Shown here piece after piece: positions 25,507-36,438 of a DNA stretch of 45,191 nucleotides. Position numbers and translations under genes: made by a program. Within the stretch, counting starts at the first letter, position 1. Each line of letters starts with the position of its first letter. Below the pieces are notes generated by a model. The model worked only from the letters and a program-made list of their open reading frames with translations. It had not been told where the DNA came from and searched no databases. The stretch comes from Octopus bimaculoides (Eukaryota): contig NC_069003.1 of the NCBI RefSeq assembly GCF_001194135.2, forward strand, positions 3,372,449 to 3,417,639, given 5' to 3'.

Positions 25507-25625
25507 ATGGTAGTAGTAGTAGTTGTATATATTGGTTTCTGCTTATAGAAGTTGACTCCTATGCTCACTAAGAGACCTAAAGGGACAAGTTTGAAGTTCC
25601 AGTTGGTATTGAGTCGAGGGAGGTT
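25460..25625 (-). mobile_element. Second, more diverged copy of the 27098-27275 3'UTR-like repeat
   Basis: Minus strand ACCAACTGGAACTTCAAACTTGTCCCTTTAGGTCTCTTAGTGAGCATAGGAG aligns by eye with the 27.2 kb copy. It ends in (TAC)n followed by (AAT)n. Confidence 0.4.
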
Positions 25626-25744
25626 AATAAATGCTATGATTTGGAATTTTTACGAAGTTTTGTTCTAAAAAATTATTATTGTTATTATTATTATTATTAT
25701 TATTAGAAAAGAAAAATAGAAACGATTATTATTATTATTATCAT

Positions 25745-26140
25745 TATTATTGAATGATAGAGCAGTGCATGCCATCAAAGTGACACTGGGGTAAAATATA
25801 CGAAGCCCACTATAGCCATCACGACCACCCGCTGGATAAGGGTACACCAGGCACATGCACCACAGCCATATGTGCGTGGCAAGGTGATCTCATATCAAGA
25901 TAAACAGTGCATGACCTTGCAGATAGGGTCCAGTTAAAATTTTCTTCAGGTCAAGTAGCCCATCCCGTTCAAATGGTCCTTAAATAAGGGTTGTTTAAGG
26001 ATGGTGAACAAATCACCTATGTTTCCAAAAGTGAATTATTCAAACCCCAAAAGAATTTCTCCCAACACATGGCTATGATGCCCCTTCATTTCTTTTGCAC
26101 GTGATCAGAGATGCACATATTGTCAGCGACCAAGGGACAC
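25745..26140 (-). mobile_element. Unclassified interspersed repeat with (AAT)n end, copy 1
   Basis: Shares CCATCAAAGTGACACTGGGGTAAAATATACGAAGCCCA, AATAAGGGTTGT and GTGAATTATTCAAACCCCAAA with 30845-31115. Confidence 0.8.
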
Positions 26141-26149
26141 GCTCAACTG

Positions 26150-26345
26150 GTTAATGTCCGTCGTTATGTTCTGAGTTCAAATGCCACCGAGGTCGTCTTT
26201 TCCTTCCATCTATTCGGGGTCGATAAATTAAGTTCTAATGAAACACCAGTCCCCTCCCTCAAAATTTCAGACCATGTGTCTATAGTAGAAAGGATTACTC
26301 TGATCATCATCATCATCATTATTATTATTATTATTATTATTATTG
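26150..26345 (+). mobile_element. 5'-truncated SINE family 1
   Basis: TTCTGAGTTCAAATGCCACCGAGGTCG...GGGGTCGATAAATTAAG...TAGTAGAAAGGATTA. Confidence 0.8.
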
Positions 26346-27097
26346 TTGTTGTTGTTGTTGTTGCTGTTGTTGCCTTTGCACAGCTTCTAACGCTGGAGAT
26401 GTACTACAGTTTCAGCTGTTCACTATGATTCAGCATAGTGTGTTTTCTTTCTCAATTAAGACTATCTCTGGCTTCCTATTCTCTATCTCATTATCATTAT
26501 CATTATCATTATTATTGCACCAGCAAATGCATTGTAGCAGTGATTTTTAACACCCTCGATTTTCAAGTTAGCCGGAGTATGTTCTCCATTCATATACATT
26601 TTGATATTGACTTCGTGGTTCGATATTCTATTCTACGACATCTATTACTGCGAATATTTATTTCTAATAGCGAAGCATTGACCACTTGTAGTCCGAGCAA
26701 TTATCTTCTCTTAAATATAGCTTCGAACAGCGTTTATATTGTCCACCTTGTCCTTGTCTCTTTGTCACTCGATAATTTTGCTGCTGTGTTCTTCATTTAA
26801 TCACTGTGTTTCTTCAGGGGAAATGGTTATCGTTTGCAAGGATAATCATCGCCAGAAATGCTTCGGGGATTATTATTTATGATTGCATTCGACTCAGAAA
26901 TAATTCGGCATCCAATATATTATGTAAAATGTTCATTTTGAAGTATCTCGTTAAATTTTCAATTTGAAGCTGTGACAACGACATCGAACAGGCAGGAAGA
27001 TTTCCCTATTGCGGCACCTTTTGTGTGTATTGTGTGTTGTATTTTGTCCTTTTTATATTGTCCTCCGTGTCTTGAGCAATTATGGTCAGTAAAAGAA

Positions 27098-27102
27098 ATT
27101 AC

Positions 27103-27150
<48 letters not shown>

Positions 27151-27275
27151 GATTTTGACTTTTGCTTTGTATTTGTAAAATTAACTCCAAGTCTAACCCA
27201 GAGACCTCAAGAGACAACAAATTAGAAGTTCATGTTGGTGTTATGCCTAGGGTATCATATATTTGGTTTTGCCCC
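27098..27275 (-). mobile_element. Probable R4-type LINE 3'UTR fragment with (TAA)n tail
   Basis: Minus strand reads ACCAACATGAACTTCTAATTTGTTGTCTCTTGAGGTCTCTGGGTTAGACTTGGAG...(AAT)n and is clearly similar to 25520-25625. There is no coding remnant, so the family assignment rests on recollection of such 3'UTRs. Confidence 0.4.
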
Positions 27276-27454
27276 AAATATCTATCTGTCCATCTATTTT
27301 TCTATCTATCTACCTATCTCTCTCTCTATCTATCTATCTATCTATCCATTTCTCTATCTATTCATCTATTTCTGTGTGTGTGTTATATATTATATATTAT
27401 ATATGTATATACATACACATATACATATATATGTATGAATATACGCATGTACGT

Positions 27455-27672
27455 GTGTGTCTGTCTTTTTGTCTGTTTGTCCCACCTCCCCTGCATGACA
27501 ATCGGTATTACATTGTTTCCGTCCCTGTAAATCAGCAATTCGGCAAAGGAAACCGATAAAATAAGTACAAGGCTTAAAAAAAAAAAGAACTGGAATCGAT
27601 TTCTTCGACTGAAAATTCTTAAAGACGGTGCTCCAGCGCAGACGCAGTGTAATCACTACAACAAGTAAAAGA
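27455..27672 (+). mobile_element. 3' half of a SINE (family 3-like tail)
   Basis: CGATAAAATAAGTAC...GAATCGATTTCTTCGACT...GGTGCTCCAGC...AACAAGTAAAAGATA. Confidence 0.65.
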
Positions 27673-28770
27673 TACATCCGGGAGCTAATGATACATCTGG
27701 TAAATGAACAGCAGGTAAGTATCCTCTACACAAGTGTAAAAATTAACGAAATGATAAACTAGAGCGTATCATCAGATATAGCAGAAACAACAACAAGCCA
27801 CAGCATAAGTAACAGCAACACAATTTGGAAGCTAATTCCACTGTTTACGAAACACATTTGATTGCAGTCGCAGAGACATACACAGTGTAAGCAACTGAAA
27901 TCACATTTTCCTATCTTGTAGAAGCAGATCAGGATGACAGAGACTCTAAGGGATATCGAGTTACGTCATAGGATTGGCCCTTGCCAAGTAGTTGTAATAC
28001 TTTCAGACCGCTTTGGAAAACTGAGTTTGAGTGAAACTAGAAAAGGATGATGGTAACTAGCCAGAAAGAGGAAGTAAAACGAGACAAAAAAATAATATTA
28101 ATTAAAAAAAAAAAGACAAGAAAAAGACAGTAGTTCCTCTGGAAGTGGTTGCCCACATCGAAGTGTTTAGAATTCATGAACGCATCTGTTGGAAGAGGGA
28201 TCCAGAGAAAGATGCTGAATGAGTCGAAATAGAATGCAATTGAAAACAAAGCAGATTTAGAAGTTTTGGAAAATTAATAGAAGACAAAAACGACAGAGTT
28301 GGTAAAAAAAACAAAAACAAATATAATCACGTTCGCATATAAAGGCAGCAACACCAGACATCACAGGTGTGTGAGTCTTCAAGCTTCATATCCCGTAGAT
28401 GCACATAAACATTAAACGTTCAAAGACAAATCGGGAAGAATGTATTTGCATCAAAGCAAACAGAATTGTAATGTGTCTAAATCCTGCCGAAATGATGGCT
28501 TACACTCCATTGTGGGTGGTTTGCTTTCATTGTAATTGGTTTTGTGAACTAAAATTTTAACCAGACCTCATAGGTTCTATTTCGTTTCAGCCCAATCCCA
28601 TTTGACAGAAATGCATCAAAACAGGTTTTGCAAACATCTTTTTGTATGATAATTTGCATTGCATGGTTTTGTTCTTTTCAATAATGAAGAAATCTTTTTT
28701 ATCATTTACGTTTTGTAATCATTTCTATTGTATACAGCAAAATGTACCCTTGTGGCAAATAAAAGATTTG

Positions 28771-28809
<39 letters not shown>

Positions 28810-29531
28810 CATTATTATTATCATCATCATCATCATTATTATTATAATTTCCTGCAGAGATTTAAGATATTTTAATAAGTAAAATGGCAGGAAATTCTTC
28901 TGATTCTGGATCATTTTTAGCTAGGAATCTTCTGGAATTCATTACACCGAGAATGACTCACACACAGAAAGATATAAAGTCTGTTATTTTTAAACATAAT
29001 TAAAAATATTGTTTGTTTTTTTTTTATATCCTAATCAAGATGGTTCTCTTTAGAGAAACGCCCAAAGATAAATTGGAAATAACTCTAACTAAACAGAGAA
29101 CAAACAAAATTCGCGCAATTACTCAACAAGACTCATGCATAGTAGAAGAATACTTTGACATTTAAACAGCTTAAATAGTCATTTGAAATATTTCCGTCGG
29201 TGTGATTAACGCAACAACAAAATACACACACATTTTGGCGAACGAATTAATTAGGCAAACTTATTGGCGAAAGTTGTTTTGAGAAATACAAGAAAGGATA
29301 GCAGAAAAGATCAAAATAAGTGACCACTAGGTGTTCATGGCAGAATGTTTGACCAAGGTGGACCTATCTTTGCCTGAGTTGTTAATTTAAGAACGAACAA
29401 GGAGGAAATTGACATATACACGCATTTCTAAAACTAAATTTTTTTTTTCTGCTTTACCCGTAATAATTAATATAATAACATTGGCCAGGAACTGGTGCTA
29501 CATCTTCGTACCTCCTCTATCTGTGATGGCA

Positions 29532-29675
29532 GAGTTACGTCACCTTATGATTGGTTTTCCGACACGATAAGAAGACGAGAAAGTAGGCCTAGATGGTGTA
29601 TTATGTACGTGCTGCAATGCGTGATACGACGCAACGCGTGTGTCAGGGAATAGAATATTGGTTATAACGTCATAT
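29532..29675. promoter_or_regulatory. Possible promoter-like patch (CRE/ATF site, CCAAT boxes, locally CpG-rich)
   Basis: TTACGTCA at 29535-29542, ATTGG at 29550-29554 and ~29666, and AACGTCA at ~29675. Many CpGs lie in unique sequence. Motif evidence only. Confidence 0.25.
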
Positions 29676-30042
29676 AGCTGACATAGTACAAACAGGCGGT
29701 AAATATCAAAGTGATAATAATCGACATAGAATAAGCCGGGTGTTTGCTTGGATATCCCAATTCTTTTGATTCCAAAAGATAACAGCGCTGAGCTGTAGGA
29801 ATGAAAAGAAATTAAACTGGGAAAGCAGGGCAGAAATTCCAGCTCCTACACGTACGCTAATAAAGATTTGAATGTGAGAGTCTGTAAAAAGGAATAGTAG
29901 ATTGTTAAGGGCAGTGACGAGAGTCCAAAAAGAAACAAAACTATAAAGTGAGAAATATCCAAGAAAAAATCTAACAAAAGACGAAGACGGGTGTGTAAAC
30001 AACAAACAGATGTATTAGTTTAACGCTCGGGAAGTGAGAAAG

Positions 30043-30080
30043 TCTTTTACATTTCGAGCCTACGCACTTCGACAGAAAGA
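30043..30080 (-). ncRNA. Degenerate minimal type-I hammerhead ribozyme-like motif in a probable Penelope-like repeat (~29900-30145)
   Basis: Minus strand: UCUUU-CUGUCGA-A-GUGC(GUAG)GCUC-GAAA-UG-UA-AAAGA. Stem I is UCUUU/AAAGA, and the core and stem II are in the correct order. The core A6 is U and stem II has one mismatch. Confidence 0.5.
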
Positions 30081-30811
30081 ATCACAGAAATAAACAGGGA
30101 GAGAAAATAGAAAAAGGTTTAGTGGCATGCGATCTATCATGGAGAAATGATTAGTAGAAGGTTAATCAGTATGAAAAGCAACAGCAACAACAACAATAGC
30201 GACTACTACAAGAACAGCAACAATAACAAGAAGACAAGCAACCGAAATAACAAATTGCGAAAGAAAAAAGAAAATAAAACGAAGAGAAAATTACAGACAA
30301 ATTTCCAGAACAGTCACAGGTATTTTTGCTTCTATTGCCATTTCCTCCGTGTTTATGTTTTCTTTCAATAGCTTTAGATAATTGTAAGAATATAATTCCA
30401 GGTGTAGCAATTTGCAAATGGAATCGTGTACGCAAGTGTCTTTTTTGTCTTTAGTTATATTCTTTCTTTCTCTGTAAGACATTGATTTTAATGAAAATCA
30501 CCAAACCTTGTAGAAATCATCACTCTCTCAGCACGATTCAACATAGTATTTACGTCACCCGCTATTACAAAATCAATTGTGAAAACAATATTATCGGTTT
30601 TTATTTCTTGAGGATAATTGTCTGGATTTGTGTTGCATAGCTGTAACATGCAAATATTCCGTAGAGTAAATAGCCACGTATAGCCTTTGTGCTATTATTT
30701 TCCAAACGAAAAGACTTTCGTTCAATAACACACTGCAGGAAGGTATACACCAGGTCGATAGTTAGTTGTTATTCGATATGACTTTGACTATTATTATTAT
30801 TATCATTATTA

Positions 30812-30844
<33 letters not shown>

Positions 30845-30846
<2 letters not shown>

Positions 30847-31115
30847 GAGTGAGAGAGCAGCACACGCCATCAAAGTGACACTGGGGTAAAATATACGAAG
30901 CCCAGGATACCCATCATGACTACCCGTCTGCTAAGGGTACACTAGGCACATTCATCACAACCGCACGTGCGCATGACATTCAGTGAGGCCCAGTTGAAAT
31001 TTTATTTAAGTCGATTAGCCCATCTTGCTCAAAAGGTCCCTGAATAAGGGTTGTTCGAGAATGAAGTACAAAACAGCCATGTTTCCGGAGGTGAATTATT
31101 CAAACCCCAAATATT
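30845..31115 (-). mobile_element. Unclassified interspersed repeat with (AAT)n end, copy 2
   Basis: Same blocks as copy 1, with an internal deletion relative to it. Confidence 0.8.
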
Positions 31116-31139
31116 CCAACTGAACACAATATGGATAAG

Positions 31140-31257
31140 CCTGGTAATTATTCTATTGCTGCCTTTTGCCGAACTGCTGATTTAAGGGAATGTAAACACA
31201 CAAACACCGGTTGTCGAGTGGTTTTGTAGGACAGACAAACAGATAGACAGACAGACA

Positions 31258-31288
<31 letters not shown>

Positions 31289-31465
31289 NNNNNNNNNNTA
31301 TATATACGATAGGCTTCTTTCAGTTTCCGTCTTCCAAATCCACTCTCATGGCCTTGGTCGACCTCCGGCTACAGTACATGAGACTTATGCAAGTTTCCAC
31401 GCAGTAGGACTGAACCCGGAACCCTGTGGTATCGGAAGCAAACTCTTTACCAGACAGCCATACCT
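31140..31465 (-). mobile_element. SINE family 3 split by (CA)n and a 10-nt gap
   Basis: GGCTTCTTTCAGTTTCCGTCTTCCAAATCCACTC...GGACTGAACCCGGAACC; the B-box reads GGGTTCAGTCC on the minus strand. Confidence 0.75.
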
Positions 31466-32184
31466 CTGAAAATACGATCTCTTTTCTTAAACTTTTTCTT
31501 TTAAAAATGTTTTTAAAGTAATATGATCGCACAATTTAGCTGCTATTTCTAATTCCTCCAGCGTCCATTTAAGGTCATTCACATTATCTTACCGATTCCT
31601 CGTTGGCTCACCCATATATTTATATTTCTATAACGATTAATTACTTCAATGTAAAAACTGGCGGCGGCACGTATGACCGTTGGAGACCCTCATAGACCAA
31701 AGCAGCTGATTTAAAAATCCCTCGTGGATTTGCCGATACATGTAACATTTACTGAACAGTTAGTTATAGCCTTTCAAAATAATCATTTCCTAACATACAG
31801 CCATTGGACATGTGCCAACGTTACGCAGCATCGTTATTGCTATTAATAAATAAATGATTTGACTCTGATTTTCAAGTTAGGTCTGAATCTTCGAATTTAA
31901 ACAAACGATTCGATACTTAATCAATGCCTCACAGTGATTATTGCTTTTATTGTTGTTGTTCTTGCTGTTGTTGTTCATTACAGTTGTATTGTTGCAGTTC
32001 TTGTTGGCTTTCTTGATTACGTTGATGTTGTGGTTGCTGTTGATGTTGTTGTTGTTGTTATCGTCGTCGTTGCTGTTGTTACTGGTGGAGTTTGTTTTGT
32101 TGTTATTGTTGTCGGTGTTGTTATTGTTGTTATTGTTGTCGGTAGATGTCATTGGTGTTATTGTTGTTGTTGCTGTTACGTTGT

Positions 32185-32405
32185 AATTCATTTCACATTT
32201 TGGCACAAGGCCAGCAATTTCGAAGGATGGGGGAAGCCAACTTGATTACATCGACACGCAGTGCTAAACTGGTTTTATTTAATCGACCCCGAAAGGATGA
32301 AAGGCCAAGTGGGTCTCGGCGTAATTCGAACTCAGAACGTGAAGGCGGACGAAATGCCGCTAAGCCCATCGTCCACCTTGGCAGCGATTCTGTCAGCTCT
32401 CCGTT
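32185..32405 (-). mobile_element. SINE family 1
   Basis: TAATCGACCCCGAAAGGATGAAAGGC...AATTCGAACTCAGAACG. Confidence 0.85.
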
Positions 32406-32439
32406 TTAATGATATGTTCTAATTGTTGATGTTATAGAC

Positions 32440-32495
32440 CAGTGGTTACCAACCTGGGGTCTGCAAACCCCTGGTGGGCCGTGAACTAAATTTCA
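32440..32495 (+). mobile_element. hAT/Charlie-like terminus (orphan)
   Basis: CAGTGGTTACCAACCTGGGGTC; no partner TIR found. Confidence 0.45.
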
Positions 32496-32504
32496 TATAT
32501 ACAA

Positions 32505-32535
32505 TATTGGGTTGTCCGGAAAGTTTGTGCCTATA
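32505..32535 (+). mobile_element. mariner-like TIR remnant
   Basis: TA|TTGGGTTGTCCGGAAAGTTTGTGCC resembles mariner TIRs; no partner found. Confidence 0.4.
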
Positions 32536-32686
32536 CAAAACAAGTATATACGAACAAAAATAAATTAATGCTACATTAGACATGCAGTCAAAATATTTAT
32601 AAAGGTAATATATATATATATATAGTTCAGAAATTCGGAGTCAGAAACCCGGCCTCAAATTGATTTCACAAACTTGGATTCGTAAC

Positions 32687-32840
32687 TCTGGATTCACAAA
32701 TTCGGTGTTCAACCTTGGATTTCGAACATTGAAATGTCATAAAATCTGTCTTCACAAATTTGGTGTTCAAAAATTGTGGATTCCGAAAATTAGGATTTTA
32801 TAAAATCTGGCTTCACAAATTCGGTTTTCGAACCTTGGAC
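32687..32840 (+). repeat. Degenerate minisatellite, ~60-nt period, ~2.6 units
   Basis: TCTG..TTCACAAATT(C/T)GGT(G/T)TTC recurs at ~32687, ~32745 and ~32806. Confidence 0.75.
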
Positions 32841-33514
32841 CTAAACGTAAATAAATCTAATGTCAAAGCAACCATTTAAACTTTAACGTTCGTGTCTCAA
32901 AACGGCTGCCGGACTACCTCAATTAATTATAGTAAAAAAAATTAAATAGTCAAACAAAAAAATCTTGGTTGTTTTAAATTCACACAAAATTGCCTCATAC
33001 TAGCATGGTGAGTAACCATTAGGCAAAATTTACTGTTAATTGTCTAATACAAAAATATAGCTACATGAGAAATTAATTCATATACCCTTTAGCTACTTAT
33101 ACAAATTTTAACATTTATCTTAACAGAAAATACCTAGCAAAATTACTACACAGCCTGCCACAAATGCAGGGTTCAAAATTCACATAAATATCATAACATA
33201 AAATACTTTTTGTACTCACCTAGATGTAACACAGGAATTATGTTAAAACTAACAATCAAAAAGTTCTTCCGAATTCCTGGAGCTTAATATAATTCCATAA
33301 ATGCCTAATACAAAGCAGACAGTGCATAGTAAACTAAACAGGCAATCATAGCTTCCAGAATCCAGTTTAACCTTACTTTCTTTCTTTTGGCACTACGTCC
33401 ATAATATAGAGGGGACAGCACAAGGACAGGCAAAGTATTACATTGGGGTACATGAAAATACATACCGGATGAATTATGAATATTATTAAAATGAGAATGA
33501 AATGGCTTTCCTAC

Positions 33515-33760
33515 CCGCCAAAGGCGACATCGTTAACACACCGGGCGAAATGCTTAGCGGTATTTCGTCTGTCTTTACGTTCTGAATTCAAATTACGCCG
33601 AGGTCGACTTTGCCTTTCAGCCTTTCGGGATCGATAAAGTAAGTACCAGTCATGTACTGGAATCGATGTGATCGACTGGCCCCTCTCCCCACAAAATCCA
33701 GGCCCTGTGCCTAGAGTAAAAGTTATTATTATTATTATTATTATCATTATTATTATACTC
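33515..33760 (+). mobile_element. SINE family 1 with (ATT)n tail
   Basis: TTCTGAATTCAAATTACGCCGAGGTCGACTTTGCCTTTC...GGCCCTGTGCCTAGAGTAAAAGTTATTATT. Confidence 0.9.
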
Positions 33761-34689
33761 CTCAATTTATTTTTGAAGCTGAACTGTCCGTTAGTTTGCT
33801 TGCAAGCGTTACTCTCGATCTCTGCATGCAACTATTTATTTTCCCTCGGGAGCCCAAGTGGAGGGTAAAGTTAGATACAGGAACGCAATTCAGACAGGGT
33901 TAAAATAAACTAATGTACTCGAAATATAAAAACTTTAATTTACCGCTCCAATGACAGAAATTGTACAGGGTCGCTTAGCATGCTAGAAAAAAGCAACCAA
34001 ATAACTTTGAAATTATAAACTAATTTCTTTTTAAAATAAGGGCACTTCAATTATATAACATAGATGTGCTCGACTAAGAACGACCTTGTGATAAACAATG
34101 TTAATAACAATACGAGCCAAGAACGAAGTTTCTACGTGGTAGAATCGGCCCAAATTTGCACTCAAATTAAGCCGTTTTAAAACAAAAGAAGGGAAAATAA
34201 ACAATAATATGGTTTTAGATACATTGTGTTTGAAAGAAAGGCCAGATGTACACAGCTGGAAGTTGCTTGACTACTGGTCTACACGATTAGAGCTGACCTG
34301 ACCATTAAGTAACACAAAAAACTAAACGGTAACATCACCAGCACCACCAGAAGAACCGAGTAACAGGAAATGCTGCAATGAGAGTGAAAAATTAAAACAA
34401 AAAAGGAAAAATTAAAACAAAACAACAGGAAATGCAGCAATAACAGAAGTAACAATAGAACCATCCCGGCAGCCACCAACACCAACATTATCATCTCCAC
34501 TGCCGTCACCGCTATTACCTTAAAAAAAAAACTTCAGCGAAAATAACAACAACAGCAACAACATGTCGATGTAATCAAGTTTTCTCTTGAAGCATAAATT
34601 TGTTGGTTTGGTGCCAATGTTAGCAAATGAATATCGTGTAACAACATGTATGAAATACAATTTAATATCAATTTAACGTATACCTCATT

Positions 34690-35145
34690 ATAGGTTGTTG
34701 TTGTTTTGTCTTTTTTTACTTTTTTTTGTTTTTTGAAAACACATCATGGCATAACCGCAACAACAACAACAACAACAACAACAATAGCAGCGATAGCAAC
34801 AACAAAAACAGGAAGAATAATGAGGAGGAGGAGGAGGAGAATGATACTGATGATAATAAAGACGTCGACGACGGCGAGACGAGACGATGATGACGACGAT
34901 GTCGATGGTGATGATGCTGATAATGATTAGTTATATTAGCCACAAGGGTGTTGGTGGTGGTGGTGGTGGTGGTGGTGGTGGGGTAGTAGTGATAGTAGTA
35001 GTATTAGTGGTAGTAGCAGCAGCAACAACGACGATGACATTAATGATAATGATGATGATGATGATGATGATGGTGTTGGTGGTGGTGTTGGTGGTGGTGA
35101 GGATGATGATGATGATGATAACGACGACGACGACGACGACGATGA
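34690..35145. repeat. Compound (AAC)n/(GAG)n/(GAT)n/(GGT)n/(GAC)n microsatellites
   Basis: Directly visible. Confidence 0.9.
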
Positions 35146-35607
35146 TTTATTTTGCACAGGTTTGAAGGTTGAGAGTACATTAGAAGTACACAATGCAAAA
35201 AATAATAATAATAAAGAAACAATTTTTAAAAAAGTGTAATTTTTACAGAGAATCGGTTTACAAAAGTAACAATAGAAAGGTTTCAAGTTCGAAAGGAAAT
35301 TTTGTAAATTAAGGATAATTAATCCAAGTTTCATCAAAGAACGTCACACATCCAATATTTCCATGAGTTCCCTCTCCCAGCATTGGTCATTGGCCATGGG
35401 AGGATGCTGAGTATAGGTCCCTGTATACTCGGGAGTCTGGCGTCATTTTGTACTTCAGGCAGAATGACTGGAAGAAAAAGCATCTTTCTGAAATTCAGCA
35501 CTACAGAAAAATGGTCTTGTAAAGAATGTAAACATTGGAAAATATACTGAAATTTAAAAATTACTATTTGTAAATCTCACAACGAGAGATATTCAGCAAC
35601 AGTACTT

Positions 35608-36013
35608 TGTAGTAAAGATTGTTTGCCAACATAACATGGCAGTCCTGGTTTAGGACGAATGTTGCTGAAATTTAGTCCCAGGAGACATCGTCTCCAGCTG
35701 GCTACACGACACGATCTGTGCCCTTATATTTTTCAATATGTTGTCACTTTGAAAACTATATATTTCGAACGAGAAATATGGCAGTGCCACCTCAAGCATA
35801 ACAATTATTCTGTGCTGATGTAGGGAAATAATCCGGAAATCACGATACACAGATATTGTTTTGAGCTGAGTGGGGGTGCTATATTCCCTTGTTCAAAAAT
35901 ATTAGAACACAGATCGTATCATATAGCCAGCTGGAGATGATGGGGCTAAATTACAGTAACATTCGTCCTAAACCAGGATTACCATGTTATGCTGGCAAAT
36001 AATCTTTACTATA
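35608..36013. mobile_element. ~405-bp foldback/MITE-like element with long imperfect inverted arms
   Basis: 35608-35740 is complementary to ~35893-36013, including an exact 21-nt block (35643-35663 vs 35958-35978). Weaker complementarity continues inward to ~35815/35845. Confidence 0.85.
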
Positions 36014-36438
36014 TATTGGAATTGTTCTATAAAATCTAGAAAAACATTCAATCTGAATGTCAATTTGAAATTGTTTCCCTTCTATCTGATCAAAAAATAA
36101 ATTATGAAACCATATTAATTTTTATCAAATGTTTCTACCAAATATATTTACCTATCTTCATCAATATTTTTATTCCTTTTTCAAAATTAAATAAATGTAA
36201 TGTAATTAATGTACCCATAATTAGTTAATTTGTTCGTGACGAAAGAGATATAACCATTTTGCAATTGTGTGGCTACGAACAGTAATGGAGGAAATATAAT
36301 AATATTAAATGAAACGTAATTAAATTTAATAAATGTTAAGAGAAAATAATAATACGGTTTATTTTATTAAATTAGCAGGAGAAATTTCCATCAAGACAAT
36401 TTTCTATTGTCAAAAAAAAAAAGTGAACAACCAATAAG

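Noticed and set aside
27670-27720. Strong CAG|GTAAGT donor after KRYIRELMIHLVNEQQ
   Set aside because: The upstream part is SINE tail and there is no credible acceptor.
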